A DNA stretch of 62,884 bases, the filler included, from Acidimicrobiia bacterium (lineage in GTDB: Bacteria; Actinomycetota; Acidimicrobiia; Spongiisociales; JAHEDJ01), in NCBI GenBank assembly GCA_029210695.1. It is 3 parts of 3 records of this genome, joined end to end, with 100 filler letters (N's around TTAATTAATTAA, not from the genome) between each part and the next. Parts side by side here need not be neighbours in the genome. Positions count along the whole stretch, not along the records: positions 1 to 24,618 come from JARGFH010000052.1; positions 24,719 to 49,120 come from JARGFH010000053.1; 1 more part is not named here. One strand, written 5' to 3'. Every line of letters begins with the position of its first letter. Positions within the stretch are counted from its first letter, which is position 1. Under the pieces are notes generated by a model. That model had not been told where the DNA came from, searched no databases, and saw nothing but the letters and a program-made list of their open reading frames with translations. Of the stretch, positions 18,273 through 29,495 are shown in pieces. The position numbers and the translations under genes are program-made.

Positions 18273-20691
18273 ACCCAAGCTCGGACAGGTACTGGTTGAG
18301 TTGAGCGGCTGCACGATCTCGCTCGCTTTCAAGGTCTCGAAGGGTTACGGCGTACTTACCGCGCCACCGCCGATACGCATCGATCAGGTATTGCCGGTGA
18401 CCTTTCACGTGGCGTTCCATGAGTTCGACGAGCCGGTTGTGAAGGATCTCAACGACAAGAGCTTCTGCAGCTTCTGCGCTTAGTTCGGTACTGGCGGCCG
18501 AGGCCTCGTCGAACAAGCGCGCATCGACCTTCTTCAATCGGTTCCTGGCCGCCGCCCGTTCAGACTTGAGCTTCTTGACCTCCTTTTCGCTCGCCTCGTC
18601 TTCATGTTGTTGAGCCTCTTCGCCTTCGTCGCTGGTGTCGTCGGAAGACTCAGCAGCCTTGACCGTGGCATCAAGTTCGAGGTACCTCGCGACAAGGCTC
18701 TCGCGCTCTTCGAGAAGACATGGAATGAGCGCAGGGATGACCGGATGGTCGATGAGCGTGGGTGCGTTCTTGTCCTCTTGACTCGTGGCTGCCGTGGTGA
18801 GCCAGGCGTCGATGAGGCCGCTGATCCCGCGTGTGTCCAGTGTCTGCAGGTCGTAGATATGCTCGTCCCACCACCTGGCTATGATGCCCGCCGTCTGGAA
18901 GCGGTCGAGTGGACCGGTCATGGCGAGCGGCTGCTGGAAGAGCTCGATGAGGTCTGACCGGAGCCCGACCATGCTGCCTCCGTCGGCAAGGTCGAGGATT
19001 CGCTTCGCTGCGTCTTCCCACAAGCGCTCTAACTCGGCCCGGAGCTCCCCATCCCGTGTTGCGACTTGTTGTTCAATCACGTCGGCGGCCTCCCGACCAA
19101 GGTCGGCGAATTCCCAATAATCGGCATTGCGCTCGACGAACAGGCCATCAACATCGACCCCGTGGCGCTCGAATGCATACCGGTGGGCCTTGACCTCGAC
19201 CTTGGGAACGCCGCCTTGGAGGTAGGCTCGGACGTCGTGGGGCTCCGGTGGTGGAGCGTTGTCGGCGTAGCGGCGGATGTTGCAGTTGAAGTGGTTCTCG
19301 CCCATCTCGTCGACAGAGACGACCCTGGCGAATCCATCGATGTCGCTGAACGCTCGGAAGGCTGAGACGATCTTCTCCTCGTGTTCGGGCTGTAGATAGT
19401 TCTGAGCTCGCCCCTCCTCGTACTCCCGGTCGGCATTGATGAACAGCACCTTCCCCTTCCGCTCCGCTGGCTTCGAGCCCGGAGCGCGCAGTAAGAGAAT
19501 GGCGGCGGGAATGGTCGTTCCATAGAAGAGGTTGGGCCCAACCCCGATCACGGTGTCGAGGATGTCTGCTTCGATCAGCTTACGGCGGATCTCACCCTCA
19601 GCCCCACCTCGGAAGAGGACGCCGTGGGGCATGACGGTGGCGACCATCCCGCCCGGGCGAAGCACCGCAAGCATGTGCTGAAGGAACATGAGGTCGGCCT
19701 TCTTGCCCCCTTCAGGAGTCCACCCGTACTTGAATCGCTCGGGGAAGGGCATGCCTTCGCGGGTGTAGTTCTGTGAGAACGGGGGGTTTGTGATCACTCG
19801 GTCGAACTTCATCAACACGCCGCCGGAGACATGTTGGGGGTCGGCGAGGGTGTCGTCGTTGCGGAGGTCGGCGTCCTTGATCCCGTGAAGGATCATGTTC
19901 ATCTTCGAGATCGACCAGGTGGTCCCGTTCGATTCCTGCCCAGCCAGGACCAGGTTGTTGGGGTCACCGCCGTGCTCAGCGATGTGGTTGCGGGAATAGA
20001 TGAGCATGCCACCGGAACCTGAGCACGGGTCGTAGATCCGCATCCCTTGCTTGGGGTCGACGAGGCGGACCATCATCCGAACGACCGAGCGTGGGGTGTA
20101 GAACTCGCCGCCCTTCTTCCCCGCTGAGTCGGCGAAGTCCCGGATGAGGTACTCGTAGGCGGCGCCGAGCAGGTCGGGGAACTCAAAGTCGATGTTGCGA
20201 AGCCGCACTTTCGAGAAGTGGGCGATCAGGTCTCGCCACTTCTTGTCGGTGATCTTCGATTGGCCGACCGTGCGGTTGAAGTCGATGTGCTGGAGCACCC
20301 CCTCGAGCGCCGGGTTGTGCTCCTCGAGAGCGGCCAGCGCCTTGTTCAGACCGTCGCCAAGACCATGCATGAGGTGGTCCCGAATGCACGACCACCGCTC
20401 TCCGCTGTCGTCGTGGGAGTTTCGGATGTCGGCGGGGCACATGTGCGGGACGAAGAACGCCTCCCGGTAGAAGTCGGGGTCGTTCGCCCGCTGCTGCGCC
20501 TCCTCCTCCGTGCGCCCGGAGGCGAGCTGACGCTCGATCACCCCCCTCCGCTCGACGTCGAACTGATCTGCCGCCCGCTTCAGGAACAGCACCCCAAAGA
20601 TGTACTCCTTGAACTCGGAGGCGTCCATCTTGCCCCGCAGGATGTCGGCGGCGGCGAACAGATGACGTTCAAGTTGAGGCAGGGTGAGCAT
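18265..20691 (-). CDS. hsdM: Type I R-M N6-adenine methyltransferase subunit M
   Basis: [45 protein letters not shown]. Confidence 0.96.
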   Translation of the reverse strand: MLTLPQLERHLFAAADILRGKMDASEFKEYIFGVLFLKRAADQFDVERRGVIERQLASGRTEEEAQQRANDPDFYREAFFVPHMCPADIRNSHDDSGERWSCIRDHLMHGLGDGLNKALAALEEHNPALEGVLQHIDFNRTVGQSKITDKKWRDLIAHFSKVRLRNIDFEFPDLLGAAYEYLIRDFADSAGKKGGEFYTPRSVVRMMVRLVDPKQGMRIYDPCSGSGGMLIYSRNHIAEHGGDPNNLVLAGQESNGTTWSISKMNMILHGIKDADLRNDDTLADPQHVSGGVLMKFDRVITNPPFSQNYTREGMPFPERFKYGWTPEGGKKADLMFLQHMLAVLRPGGMVATVMPHGVLFRGGAEGEIRRKLIEADILDTVIGVGPNLFYGTTIPAAILLLRAPGSKPAERKGKVLFINADREYEEGRAQNYLQPEHEEKIVSAFRAFSDIDGFARVVSVDEMGENHFNCNIRRYADNAPPPEPHDVRAYLQGGVPKVEVKAHRYAFERHGVDVDGLFVERNADYWEFADLGREAADVIEQQVATRDGELRAELERLWEDAAKRILDLADGGSMVGLRSDLIELFQQPLAMTGPLDRFQTAGIIARWWDEHIYDLQTLDTRGISGLIDAWLTTAATSQEDKNAPTLIDHPVIPALIPCLLEERESLVARYLELDATVKAAESSDDTSDEGEEAQQHEDEASEKEVKKLKSERAAARNRLKKVDARLFDEASAASTELSAEAAEALVVEILHNRLVELMERHVKGHRQYLIDAYRRWRGKYAVTLRDLESERDRAAAQLNQYLSELGYE

Positions 20692-20734
20692 GGATCGATT
20701 CTCGCATCCGATCGCTCGGCGAGCGACCCGGGCA

Positions 20735-23700
20735 TCAGGCCATTGTTCTCGCCCTCGCAGGCGGGTGCGGCCCGCGGCCCGCCTCCAGGCTACCAATCAG
20801 GAGCTCAACATGACGACGAGCTACGGCCCAAGCCATCCGCCGCTCAAGGTCACGGGTCGACGGGGCTGGACCTAACAGCTCCCGAGCGTCATCCCCAACT
20901 CCGTGCTCGCGCCGGAACTGCAGAACACGGCTGACGGCGTCGTCCCAAGCAGCCCGCTGGTCGGGTCCGGCAGGTCGCTCTCCCAGGGTGGCAACAATCC
21001 ATTCCGACGGTGAGTAGGTCATGGTTGCGAGTGTGTCTTGGCGGCGGGCGTGGATCTCGCTGTGCAGGTCCAGGTACTCGACGAGGAGGTCGCTCTGGTT
21101 GCCAGCGCCGGCCGGTCGGCGATCCTTGGCTTCCGATAGTGCCAACTCACCTTCCAGATTCTCAAACCGCTGGTTCAGTTGTTCGTCGGTGAGGGTCCGA
21201 GGTCCCCGTCCCGTGTCAGATGCCGCCGGCTCCGCAGCGGTACGGCTGAGGGCTGCGATAAGGGCTGTGAGCCGGTTCGGGTGTTGGTGTGTCACATGTG
21301 TGCATTCGTCCTTGCCAAGTTCGGGGTTAGCGAGGTAGATGGTGTTTGCTTCCCGGCCTCGGCTCATGGTGACGTAGAGCCATTCGCGGTCGACGCCGTC
21401 TCCGGCGACGGTGTGGGCGCGGCGGGCGGTTGCGCCTTGGGCTTTGTGGCCGGTGAGGGCGTAGCCCCAGTCGAGGTTTCCTTGGTCGAGGTACCAATGC
21501 GGAACTGTCACAATGTTGTCGTTGCGGTCGAGTGTGAGCGTGATCGTGCGCCGTTCCGTGTCCACAGCCGTCACGGTTGCGAGGTCGCCGTTGAGCACAC
21601 CCAGGCGCGAACGGTTCTTGAGGCACACGGCTCTGTCTCCGGCTTGGAATTGGCGATCGCCAGCGTTCACCGTCGGTCCGTGGAGCAATCCGGATTGGGC
21701 GATGAGAGCCCGGGCCTGCTGGTTGAGCTGATCGACGGTGGTGTTGCGATGTCCGAGGAGCAGCACCTGGGCGGGGTCACCGGCGTCTTGGACGTCTCTG
21801 TACCAGGCATCGACGGCTTGGGTGATGGTGTCATCGGTGGTGGCGGCGACGTTGATCAGTCCGCGCCGGTCGTACATGGCCACCGCCCGGGAGATCGAGC
21901 CGTGGCGTAGTTCGGCCAGGGCGGTGCGTTCCCATTCGTGGTCCTGGCGGACGTTCTCGGTCAGCTCGACGGCGGGGAGACGAGCGGTCAGCGCAGCGAA
22001 CAGGCCGCCGGCGTCGATCTCAGCGAGCTGGCGGTGGTCGCCGATCAGGATGAGCTTGCCCGATGCTGCTTCGACCAGGTCGGAGATCTCGGCGAGTTGG
22101 CGGCTGCCGACCATTCCGGACTCGTCGACTATGACGATGGTGCGGGTTGGGAGGCCACCGGCGGCCTTGGTTTCCCAGAGGAAGCGGGTGATGGTGACCG
22201 ACGGGATGCCGGTGGCGGCTTCGAATCCGGCCGCGGCTCGGGCGGCCAACGCCGTTCCAAAAACGGGGGTTCCGGTTTCGGTGGCGAGTTCGCCGATGAT
22301 GGCCATAACGGTGGTCTTGCCGGTCCCGGCCGCTCCCACGCCGATATCAATGCTGTTACCGGATGTGGCGAACTGGCGGATCATCGCCTGCTGCCCTTCG
22401 GTGAGGTTCGGTTGAGTTGCGAGGGCGGCTTCGACTTGCTCCTCAGGGGCGGTCCACCGTTCGGCCGTAAATCCGTTTCGGGCGCGGTCGATGATCCGTT
22501 GCTCGATAGAGAGGAGTTCGGTGGTGGTGTAGCGGCGTTCGTTGACCAGCCCGGGGAAGATGTCCCCGTTGCCCCTCCGCATAATCCGCGGCTGGGTCGA
22601 GTTGACCAGTTCAAGGAGATGTTCGAGTTCGGCCGGTTCGAGATCGATCGACAGGTGATCCAGTGGGTCGGTTGTGGGGTGGATGGGAAGGATGGGGATC
22701 ACGTCCGAGCGATGGAGGAAGGCGTCGGCGAGATGTTCGATGTCGGATCGTCGTCCTCCCTCGGGTAGAGCCTCCGCCACTGCTCTGATTGCGTCCGCTC
22801 GCCCAAACGTTGATGCCTGGGCGGTGAGCCCTTCAGCGGAAACCATCGAATCGAATACGGGTGCGGGGTCGGGGACGGTGACGGAACGGCTGCGTTCCAG
22901 CACCTTTGCGACCGAGGAAGGTGTGACACCAACCTCAGTGCCTCGTTCCGCCCAGACCGGCATCAGCATGTCGATGGGATGGTCTTGCTTGGGGCTCCGT
23001 GTCGCCAATGTGGCGACCTCGTTGGCGACGGCGGTGTCGGCAAGTCCATGGTCGTTCCGCCACGCTTCGATCTGGCGGCGTCGTTGGGAGAACGCCATGA
23101 TCTGGTCTCGGGTGAAACCATCGATGTCCGCCACACCGTTGCGGACTGGCTGCCAGCGGACCCCGAGTCGTTCAGTGAGACGGGTTCGCAGCTCTGATTC
23201 GTGGAGGTAGCCGGCGGCCAGCTTGTGCCGGTATAGGAGACGGCCATCAATAGCCCGCCAGACATCGTCGACACCCTTGACCCGGTTCCCCACAACCACG
23301 TGGGTGTGCAACTGAGGATCATCCGCCCGGCTCGTGAACTCGGTGAACCAAGCCGAGACGTATCCCTTGGTGCGGATCGGCCAGGTCTCGATTCGATGGT
23401 GGGGTGTTCCATCGTCGTCAAGGATCGGTTGACCCTCGGCGTCCAGGACCGGGGCTCGAGATGCCCCGCGCGTCGACGACGCGACCGACTCCAGATAGGT
23501 GAGCGCCTCGGCGGTGGACTCCTCGAACGCCTCGACCACGTGCCTGCGGGTCTCGTCGTCTCCGAAGGCCCACAGCAGCGACACCGACTTATCGGCTGAG
23601 AAGGTCAGATCCCAAGCTGCCACCCCGTCCTTGCGAAGCTGACGCCCCAACTGCTCCCCCGTGAGTGGGTGCTGCCCGTCGAACAGGCGGACCAGGCCCT

Positions 23701-23857
23701 CCGCCGACACGATGCCCTTCAGTCCCTGTTCGACGGCGCCACTGCCGTGCCAGCGACCGGTCGCAGTCCCACCCCGCAGGTAGTAGTCCTCACCAGGCGA
23801 AATCTCCCCCAGTTTCTGGAGGTAGTAGTCCTTGCGCGCCTTGGCGATACTCAACAT
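20735..23857 (-). CDS. MobF (TrwC) relaxase fused to RecD-like helicase
   Basis: MLSIAK..DYY...[63 protein letters not shown]. Confidence 0.93.
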   Translation of the reverse strand: MLSIAKARKDYYLQKLGEISPGEDYYLRGGTATGRWHGSGAVEQGLKGIVSAEGLVRLFDGQHPLTGEQLGRQLRKDGVAAWDLTFSADKSVSLLWAFGDDETRRHVVEAFEESTAEALTYLESVASSTRGASRAPVLDAEGQPILDDDGTPHHRIETWPIRTKGYVSAWFTEFTSRADDPQLHTHVVVGNRVKGVDDVWRAIDGRLLYRHKLAAGYLHESELRTRLTERLGVRWQPVRNGVADIDGFTRDQIMAFSQRRRQIEAWRNDHGLADTAVANEVATLATRSPKQDHPIDMLMPVWAERGTEVGVTPSSVAKVLERSRSVTVPDPAPVFDSMVSAEGLTAQASTFGRADAIRAVAEALPEGGRRSDIEHLADAFLHRSDVIPILPIHPTTDPLDHLSIDLEPAELEHLLELVNSTQPRIMRRGNGDIFPGLVNERRYTTTELLSIEQRIIDRARNGFTAERWTAPEEQVEAALATQPNLTEGQQAMIRQFATSGNSIDIGVGAAGTGKTTVMAIIGELATETGTPVFGTALAARAAAGFEAATGIPSVTITRFLWETKAAGGLPTRTIVIVDESGMVGSRQLAEISDLVEAASGKLILIGDHRQLAEIDAGGLFAALTARLPAVELTENVRQDHEWERTALAELRHGSISRAVAMYDRRGLINVAATTDDTITQAVDAWYRDVQDAGDPAQVLLLGHRNTTVDQLNQQARALIAQSGLLHGPTVNAGDRQFQAGDRAVCLKNRSRLGVLNGDLATVTAVDTERRTITLTLDRNDNIVTVPHWYLDQGNLDWGYALTGHKAQGATARRAHTVAGDGVDREWLYVTMSRGREANTIYLANPELGKDECTHVTHQHPNRLTALIAALSRTAAEPAASDTGRGPRTLTDEQLNQRFENLEGELALSEAKDRRPAGAGNQSDLLVEYLDLHSEIHARRQDTLATMTYSPSEWIVATLGERPAGPDQRAAWDDAVSRVLQFRREHGVGDDARELLGPAPSTRDLERRMAWAVARRHVELLIGSLEAGRGPHPPARARTMA

Positions 23858-23989
23858 GCGGCACCCCGGGAACGGTCGACCAGTACCCCCAAGGCAACTT
23901 GTCAGTGGTTTACCTTCGGGTGGGAGCGCCGGTTGGTGCTCTTGGAGACTGGTGATGGCCACGGTGACGGCTAGCAACTTATTGCCCCC

Positions 23990-24152
23990 TCTGGAGGGCC
24001 AGTGCAACATCTGCCGCCCGTGGTCTTCACCGGAGACTCCGGACTGGCCACAGGAAGTCGCGCTTCGAGCGCCGTTCACTGACGATCCGGGTGTGAGTCT
24101 CCGGTTCACCGTCATCTCCGACACATGTGGCAGGCGACGTCAGGAGGAGGTC
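23990..24152 (+). ncRNA. Structured non-coding left end of IS110, candidate bridge RNA
   Basis: Perfect 11-bp inverted repeat ACCGGAGACTC (24029-24039)/GAGTCTCCGGT (24095-24105) enclosing a GCGCT-TCG-AGCGC hairpin, directly upstream of the IS110 recombinase; boundaries approximate. Confidence 0.45.
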
Positions 24153-24566
24153 ATGTATCAAGCCTGTGTGGGTATCGATTGGGCAACCACCGAACATGTG
24201 GTGTGTGTCCTCGACAGCAACGGCCGGCGTCTATCCAGATTCCGGGTGGAGCACACCGAAGACGGTCTCGACGATCTGGTAGAGAGGCTCGGCAGGTTCG
24301 GTGACCGTGTCGATGTGGCCGTCGGGATTGAACGACCCGATGGGCTGGTCGTCGACCGGCTCTTGGAGGCCGGCCATTCGGTGGTTGCGGTCAAACCGGC
24401 CGCGATCCGCGCCTACGGGTCAGCAGAGACACCTTCTGGGGCCAAGTCTGATCCGGCCGACGCTGAAACCATCGCCGAGTATCTGCGGCTGAAGGCTGAT
24501 CGTCTCGATCCGATACGGCCGTATTCGCCACAAACCAGAGCTCTTAGCCTGGATCCACCGGTCTGA
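24153..24566 (+). pseudogene. IS110-family recombinase, N-terminal DEDD domain only
   Basis: VGIDWA, GIERPDG, KSDPADA; GGAGGAGG RBS; ends before the C-terminal Tnp domain. Confidence 0.85.
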
Positions 24567-24618
24567 TCGGTGTCTGACGGTTGGGATTGACATAGAAAAT
24601 GCCTTCTGACCTGGGAGA
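24548..24618 (+). mobile_element. Probable end of a second IS (IS1380-like) interrupting the IS110
   Basis: Abrupt loss of IS110 similarity after TTAG; CCTGGATCCACCG start and GAAAATGCC..TGACCTGGGA motif; runs into the contig end. Confidence 0.4.
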
Positions 24619-24718
24619 NNNNNNNNNNNNNNNNNNNNNNNNNNNNNNNNNNNNNNNNNNNNTTAATTAATTAANNNNNNNNNNNNNNNNNNNNNNNNNN
24701 NNNNNNNNNNNNNNNNNN
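24619..24718. other. Artificial contig linker
   Basis: N run with central TTAATTAATTAA (stops in all six frames). Confidence 0.97.
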
Positions 24719-24795
24719 CTCCAGTGTGACCGAAAACGACCTCGAACGCGAGCACCCCCGACCCACAACCACCAACTTTTTCGGCAGCCACCTAG
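24719..24795 (+). mobile_element. Probable IS right end inserted at CTAG (IS5/IS1182-like)
   Basis: Contig start; ends TTTTTCGGCAGCCACCTAG, after which DUF559-like coding sequence begins. Confidence 0.4.
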
Positions 24796-25259
24796 CCATT
24801 GGAGCCTTCAACCAGACACTGCGAGATGGTCTTGCGACACTCAATGAGTTCGAGATCCTCCTGGCCGACATCGGCCGGCAGGGCCGCGCCGGCGTCGGTT
24901 TGCTTCGCGATCTGGTGGAAGACCGTGCGAAATGGGCGGGCGAGAACGAGAGCGCCCTGGAGGACGAGTTCAGGCGAATCGTTGACCGGGCTCTTCTGCC
25001 GGTGCCGACTCCGCAGTTCGAGATCAGGGACGAACGCGGGTTGTTTCTGGGTCGCGCCGACTTCGCCTATCCCGAGCGGCGCCTTGTGATCGAACTCGAT
25101 GGATATCGATATCACAGCGATCCGGATGCGTTTGTTCGCGATCGGAGTCGTCAGAATCGCCTTCTGATGGCGGGGTACCGCGTCCTCCGCTACACCGCGC
25201 AGGACCTGCGTCAATACCCGGAACGGGTGATAGCCGATCTCGTCAGGTCTCTGAACTGA
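24796..25259 (+). pseudogene. DUF559/Vsr-like endonuclease gene, 3' part
   Basis: ESALE, PQFEI, RADFAYP, IELDGYRYH, DRSRQN, GYRVLRYT. Confidence 0.8.
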
Positions 25260-25262
25260 CGA

Positions 25263-25371
25263 TTCTCAGCAATACTGCGTATTGCTACGCGCCATTGCAT
25301 TGCGGAGAAACCACCCAACCCTTTCTCGGCAATGCTGTGTATCGCTACGCGCCATTGCATTGCGGAGAAAC
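25263..25371. repeat. Two tandem REP-like palindromic units (60-bp period)
   Basis: TTCTC(A/G)GCAAT...GCTACGCGCCATTGCATTGCGGAGAAAC twice; each unit has terminal inverted arms. Confidence 0.85.
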
Positions 25372-25445
25372 TTCAGGCGCGCTTTGCCTCTGGCGGTTGT
25401 CGCAGGCATAATGGCACGTCCCCCTTTTCCCCAAGGAGTCACCTC

Positions 25446-26102
25446 ATGGAACTCACCCTGCGCGCCGAGACCGGTCGCCCGACGGGTAGCCGACCTGCGC
25501 GCCGGATGCGCGGCGAAGGCCTCGTACCTGCCACCGTCTACGGACGCGACGGCGAACCGATTTCCGTCGCGGTGAATGCCCGGGAGCTCTACTCGATCCT
25601 CCACACCGAGGCCGGTATGAATGCGCTGATCACCCTCGACATCGAGGGCGGCGCCAACCTCCTGACGATGGCGAAAGAAATCCAGCGCCACCCGTTCCGG
25701 CCCGACTATTACCACGTTGACTTCCTCGCTATCTCTCTGACCGAGAAGGTCAACGCCGACGTTCTGATCCACTTCGAGGGAGAGCCCGTGGGCGTTCGGG
25801 AGGGCGGTGCCATCATCGAAACGCTCCGCAACTCGGTTGAAATTGAAGCCCTGCCACAGGAGATCCCTTCCTTCATCTCCCTCGATATCAGCGATCTCGA
25901 TGTCGGCGACACGGCCAAGGTCTCCGACCTTCCGGCACTGCCCGGCGTCGACTATCTCGACGATCCCGATGCCCCGGTCGTCACCGTCGTCATTCCTGCC
26001 GCCGTCGTTGCCGAAGAAGAGGAAGAGGAAGGCATCGAAGAAGGGGCGGAAGGTGAAGAGGGTGCTGAGGCTGCTGAGGCTGAGGAGAGCAGCGACGAGT
26101 AG
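25446..26102 (+). CDS. rplY: 50S ribosomal protein L25/Ctc
   Basis: R..TG...ARRMR.EG.VPATVYG, QRHP, HVDF, GEPVGVREGG, acidic tail; upstream of pth. Confidence 0.95.
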   Translation: MELTLRAETGRPTGSRPARRMRGEGLVPATVYGRDGEPISVAVNARELYSILHTEAGMNALITLDIEGGANLLTMAKEIQRHPFRPDYYHVDFLAISLTEKVNADVLIHFEGEPVGVREGGAIIETLRNSVEIEALPQEIPSFISLDISDLDVGDTAKVSDLPALPGVDYLDDPDAPVVTVVIPAAVVAEEEEEEGIEEGAEGEEGAEAAEAEESSDE

Positions 26103-26124
26103 TCGAGCCCCCCAGGCGCCACCG

Positions 26125-26697
26125 GTGGTGGTTGTCGGGCTCCGCAATCCGGGTCGGAAGTACGAAGGCACGCGCCACAATGTGGGTGCTGAGGTCGTCG
26201 ACATCCTCTCCGAGCGCTGGCACGCTCCATTCAAGAACGGCCCCTCCCGGGTCAGTGCCGAGGTCTCCAGCCACCAGGCCGGCGGTCGGCGTGTGGTCCT
26301 GGTCAAGCCGTTCACCTTCATGAATGAGTCGGGGCCGGTCGTCGTGGCAGCGCTCCGCTACTTCAAGGGAGAGATCGGCGAACTCCTGGTCGTTCACGAT
26401 GACATCGACCTGACATTCGCCCGACTCCGTCTTCACGCCGGACGTGGAACGGGTGGTCACAACGGGATCAGGTCGGTCGTGGACTCAACGGCGTCGAAGG
26501 AGTTCTGGCGGCTCAAGGTCGGCGTCGGCCGCCCACCCGGCCGGATGGATCCCGCCGACTTCGTACTCCACCCATTTACGAAGTCCGAACGCGAAGAGGT
26601 CGACATCCTGGTTCGGGACTCCGCCGATGTGGTCGAACGATTCCTGGTCGATTCTGAGTCCGCGGTCGAGATGGCCGCGCGGCGGCAAGCCCCATGA
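26125..26697 (+). CDS. pth: Peptidyl-tRNA hydrolase
   Basis: VGLRNPG..Y..TRHNVG, KP.TFMNESG, VHDDID, GGHNG, GVGRPP. Confidence 0.96.
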   Translation: MVVVGLRNPGRKYEGTRHNVGAEVVDILSERWHAPFKNGPSRVSAEVSSHQAGGRRVVLVKPFTFMNESGPVVVAALRYFKGEIGELLVVHDDIDLTFARLRLHAGRGTGGHNGIRSVVDSTASKEFWRLKVGVGRPPGRMDPADFVLHPFTKSEREEVDILVRDSADVVERFLVDSESAVEMAARRQAP

Positions 26698-27857
26698 GGG
26701 GTCGATTGCTGCTGGTGGCCATCGCCCTGATCAGCCTTTCCAACGTCGCCGCCATCTGCTTCGGGTCCGGAGCATGGAAAGTGTTCACCCATGCCGACGG
26801 GTTCATCGTGATCGACTCGACGGGATCGCTGTTTGGCACTACCGATGATGGCGACACCTGGGAGCCGGTGCGCAGCCTTCCTCGGGAGCGAACGAAGTAC
26901 GCGGATGAAGTGTGTCTCGATTCCGGCGAGTGCTTTCGAATCCGATCCGATCGGCTCGGAATCGAAGTAAGTGAGGATGAATCCTGGACCACCTCCTGGG
27001 AGTACCCATCTGGTCGGGTCAGCTATCTGGCCAGGCAGCTTCCCGGCGTGTGCGGAGACGGCCACGCTGATCTGAACCTGGCCGGGATGGCACCAACCTA
27101 TGAAGGCAGTCGGTGGCAGCTCGTCGTGGCGGCCGGGCCGGACGGAGTCATGGGACTCGACGCGGCCGGCAACTGGGTTCGGGACGTATACACGCAACCC
27201 GCCCGGGACGACGCCGGTCTCGCGGATGTCTACCTCGTCCCGGAGTTGCTGGCGACCGCCTTGGCTCTGGTTGGCATCGCGGTTGTGTTCGGCTTTCACG
27301 ATCGATCTGAGGTCGCCCGCGCCACGTTTTCGGCATTCGTCGGATGGTCCGGCACGGTGGCGGTGTGGCACTTCGCCCAGGGGCTCGGGCTTCGTTCCGT
27401 CTTCTTCCTCTTCCTCGTTGCTCTGCTTCCTTTGATCGGATTGGTGATCTGGTGCAGCGGTCGATATTGCGACCTCGCCGAAGTCGTGGTGGGTGGCTTC
27501 TTCGGCGTAGGAGTCGCCATCGGTGGCGCCGCGGTCGAGATGTCCCACCGCGACTTCAGTTTCGGCATCGTGCTGGCCGTGATCGGCCTGATCGTGCTTG
27601 GCTCGGGTGGAATTGCCGCCAGGGACCAGATCGGGAAGTGGCCGCTGGCACTTCTCGATTGGCTCGTGCTGGTCACGATCCTCGTCGTCGGGGCCTTGAT
27701 GGCGCTCGCCGTGTACCCGCTCTGGGTGTGGGGTTGGATCGGGCCGCGAACGCTGGCGGACGCGCTGGCCCTGGCGATCGCTCTCGCCTCCGTTTGGGCG
27801 GCTCGCGGCCTCTGGATCCGGCGCGGCAACCTGGAGAAGGCGCGGCCTGCATCGTGA
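26694..27857 (+). CDS. Membrane protein, extracellular N-domain plus several TM helices
   Basis: Signal-like N-terminus, TTDDGDTW Asp-box, hydrophobic C-half; ATGA overlap with pth. Confidence 0.65.
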   Translation: MRGRLLLVAIALISLSNVAAICFGSGAWKVFTHADGFIVIDSTGSLFGTTDDGDTWEPVRSLPRERTKYADEVCLDSGECFRIRSDRLGIEVSEDESWTTSWEYPSGRVSYLARQLPGVCGDGHADLNLAGMAPTYEGSRWQLVVAAGPDGVMGLDAAGNWVRDVYTQPARDDAGLADVYLVPELLATALALVGIAVVFGFHDRSEVARATFSAFVGWSGTVAVWHFAQGLGLRSVFFLFLVALLPLIGLVIWCSGRYCDLAEVVVGGFFGVGVAIGGAAVEMSHRDFSFGIVLAVIGLIVLGSGGIAARDQIGKWPLALLDWLVLVTILVVGALMALAVYPLWVWGWIGPRTLADALALAIALASVWAARGLWIRRGNLEKARPAS

Positions 27858-27886
27858 TGGCGCTCCCGAGCCGATAGCCTTGGGCC

Positions 27887-29383
27887 ATGGCTGACTACAT
27901 AGGCGCATTGGATTCCGGCACCACCAGCACTCGCTTCATGGTGTTCGATCACGACGGCAACGTCGTGGCGATCGACCAGAAGGAGCACCGTCAGATCTAT
28001 CCACAACCCGGTTGGGTAGAGCACGACCCCCTCGAGATCCGGGATCGGATGTTCGAGGTGATCGACACCGGTCTGTCCAAAGCAGGATTGACCAAGACGG
28101 ACCTGGCTTCCGTCGGTATCACGAATCAGCGAGAGACGGTCGTGGTCTGGGATCGCACCACCGGGCGACCGCTCCACAACGCCGTCGTCTGGCAGGACAC
28201 CCGGACTGCCGATCTCGTTGCCGATCTTGGGGGCGAAGAGGGCCAGGGCCGATTCCGCGTCAAGACCGGACTGCCGTTGGCGACTTACTTCGCCGGACCA
28301 AAGCTCACCTGGCTATTGGACAACGTCGAAGGTCTTCGCTCGCTGGACGAGTCGGGCGACGCCCTGTTCGGGACAGTCGATTCCTGGGTGTTGTGGAATC
28401 TCACCGGCGGGATCAATGGGGGATTGCACCTGACAGATGTCACGAATGCCAGCCGGACCATGCTGATGAGCCTCGAAACCCTTCGGTGGGACGACGAACT
28501 GCTCGAGGCGATGCGGATTCCGCGTTCAATGCTGCCCGAGATTCGACCTTCGGTCGGGACCTTCGGAACGGCGGTGGGAACCCTCGAAGGTGTGCCGGTG
28601 GGAGGGATCCTCGGTGATCAGCAGGCCGCCCTCTTCGGCCAGACCTGTTTTCGGCCGGGCGACGCCAAGAACACCTACGGCACGGGATGTTTCATGCTGC
28701 TCAACACAGGCACGACACCCGTCCGTTCGGCCAATGGGTTGCTCACAACCGTCGCCTACCAGATCGGCGATCAACCGGCCGTTTTTGCCCTCGAGGGATC
28801 GATCGCGATCGCCGGGGCGCTGGTGCAATGGCTACGCGACAGTTTGGGAATCATCGAGAACTCAGGGGATGTGGAGGCCCTGGCTCTCAGTGTCGACGAC
28901 AACGGCGGCGTCTACTTCGTTCCGGCGTTCAGCGGCCTGTTTGCTCCGTACTGGAGGAGCGATGCCAGAGGTGTGATTGCGGGGCTGACCCGATTCGCAA
29001 CGAAAGCACATCTGGCCCGCGCCGCACTCGAAGCAACGGCATTTCAGACCCTCGAGGTGCTCGATGCGATGCGCGCTGACAGCGGAGTCGAGTTGAACAG
29101 CCTCAAGGTCGATGGCGGCATGACTGGCAACGACTTGTTGATGCAGTTCCAGGCCGACCTCGTCGACGTGCCGGTGGTTCGCCCGGTCGTCGCCGAGACC
29201 ACCGCACTCGGCGCCGCCTACGCGGCCGGTCTGGCAGCCGGGTTTTGGGCCAACCTCGACGACCTGAAGGCGAATTGGGGCGTTGGGAGATCGTGGCAAC
29301 CCTCGATGGACGGCGACCGCCGAATGGCCCTGGTCGGCGCATGGCGGAAGGCTGTTCAACGTTCCTTCGACTGGGTCGACTGA
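27887..29383 (+). CDS. glpK: Glycerol kinase
   Basis: [53 protein letters not shown]. Confidence 0.97.
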   Translation: MADYIGALDSGTTSTRFMVFDHDGNVVAIDQKEHRQIYPQPGWVEHDPLEIRDRMFEVIDTGLSKAGLTKTDLASVGITNQRETVVVWDRTTGRPLHNAVVWQDTRTADLVADLGGEEGQGRFRVKTGLPLATYFAGPKLTWLLDNVEGLRSLDESGDALFGTVDSWVLWNLTGGINGGLHLTDVTNASRTMLMSLETLRWDDELLEAMRIPRSMLPEIRPSVGTFGTAVGTLEGVPVGGILGDQQAALFGQTCFRPGDAKNTYGTGCFMLLNTGTTPVRSANGLLTTVAYQIGDQPAVFALEGSIAIAGALVQWLRDSLGIIENSGDVEALALSVDDNGGVYFVPAFSGLFAPYWRSDARGVIAGLTRFATKAHLARAALEATAFQTLEVLDAMRADSGVELNSLKVDGGMTGNDLLMQFQADLVDVPVVRPVVAETTALGAAYAAGLAAGFWANLDDLKANWGVGRSWQPSMDGDRRMALVGAWRKAVQRSFDWVD

Positions 29384-29495
29384 CCACCGGACCCATTCAC
29401 GCAATGTGAGATTCTGGTCACCAGGAGTGACTAGTCCGTACGGGTGATTTCTGAATGGTCCTCCCGATCGGCCCATGTGATGCCGATTTAACCGT

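Noticed and set aside
23858..24124. Extended N-termini from the ORF track (relaxase from 24124; likewise hsdM, hsdS, helicase, pth)
   Set aside because: Family-typical N-termini, RBSs or gene overlaps support the shorter starts used
24619..24718. TTAATTAATTAA palindrome inside Ns (also 49165-49176) as a biological site
   Set aside because: Identical six-frame-stop spacer centred in 100-nt N blocks: an assembly concatenation linker
25263..25371. Mini CRISPR array
   Set aside because: Only two units, about 11 nt between them, and no cas genes
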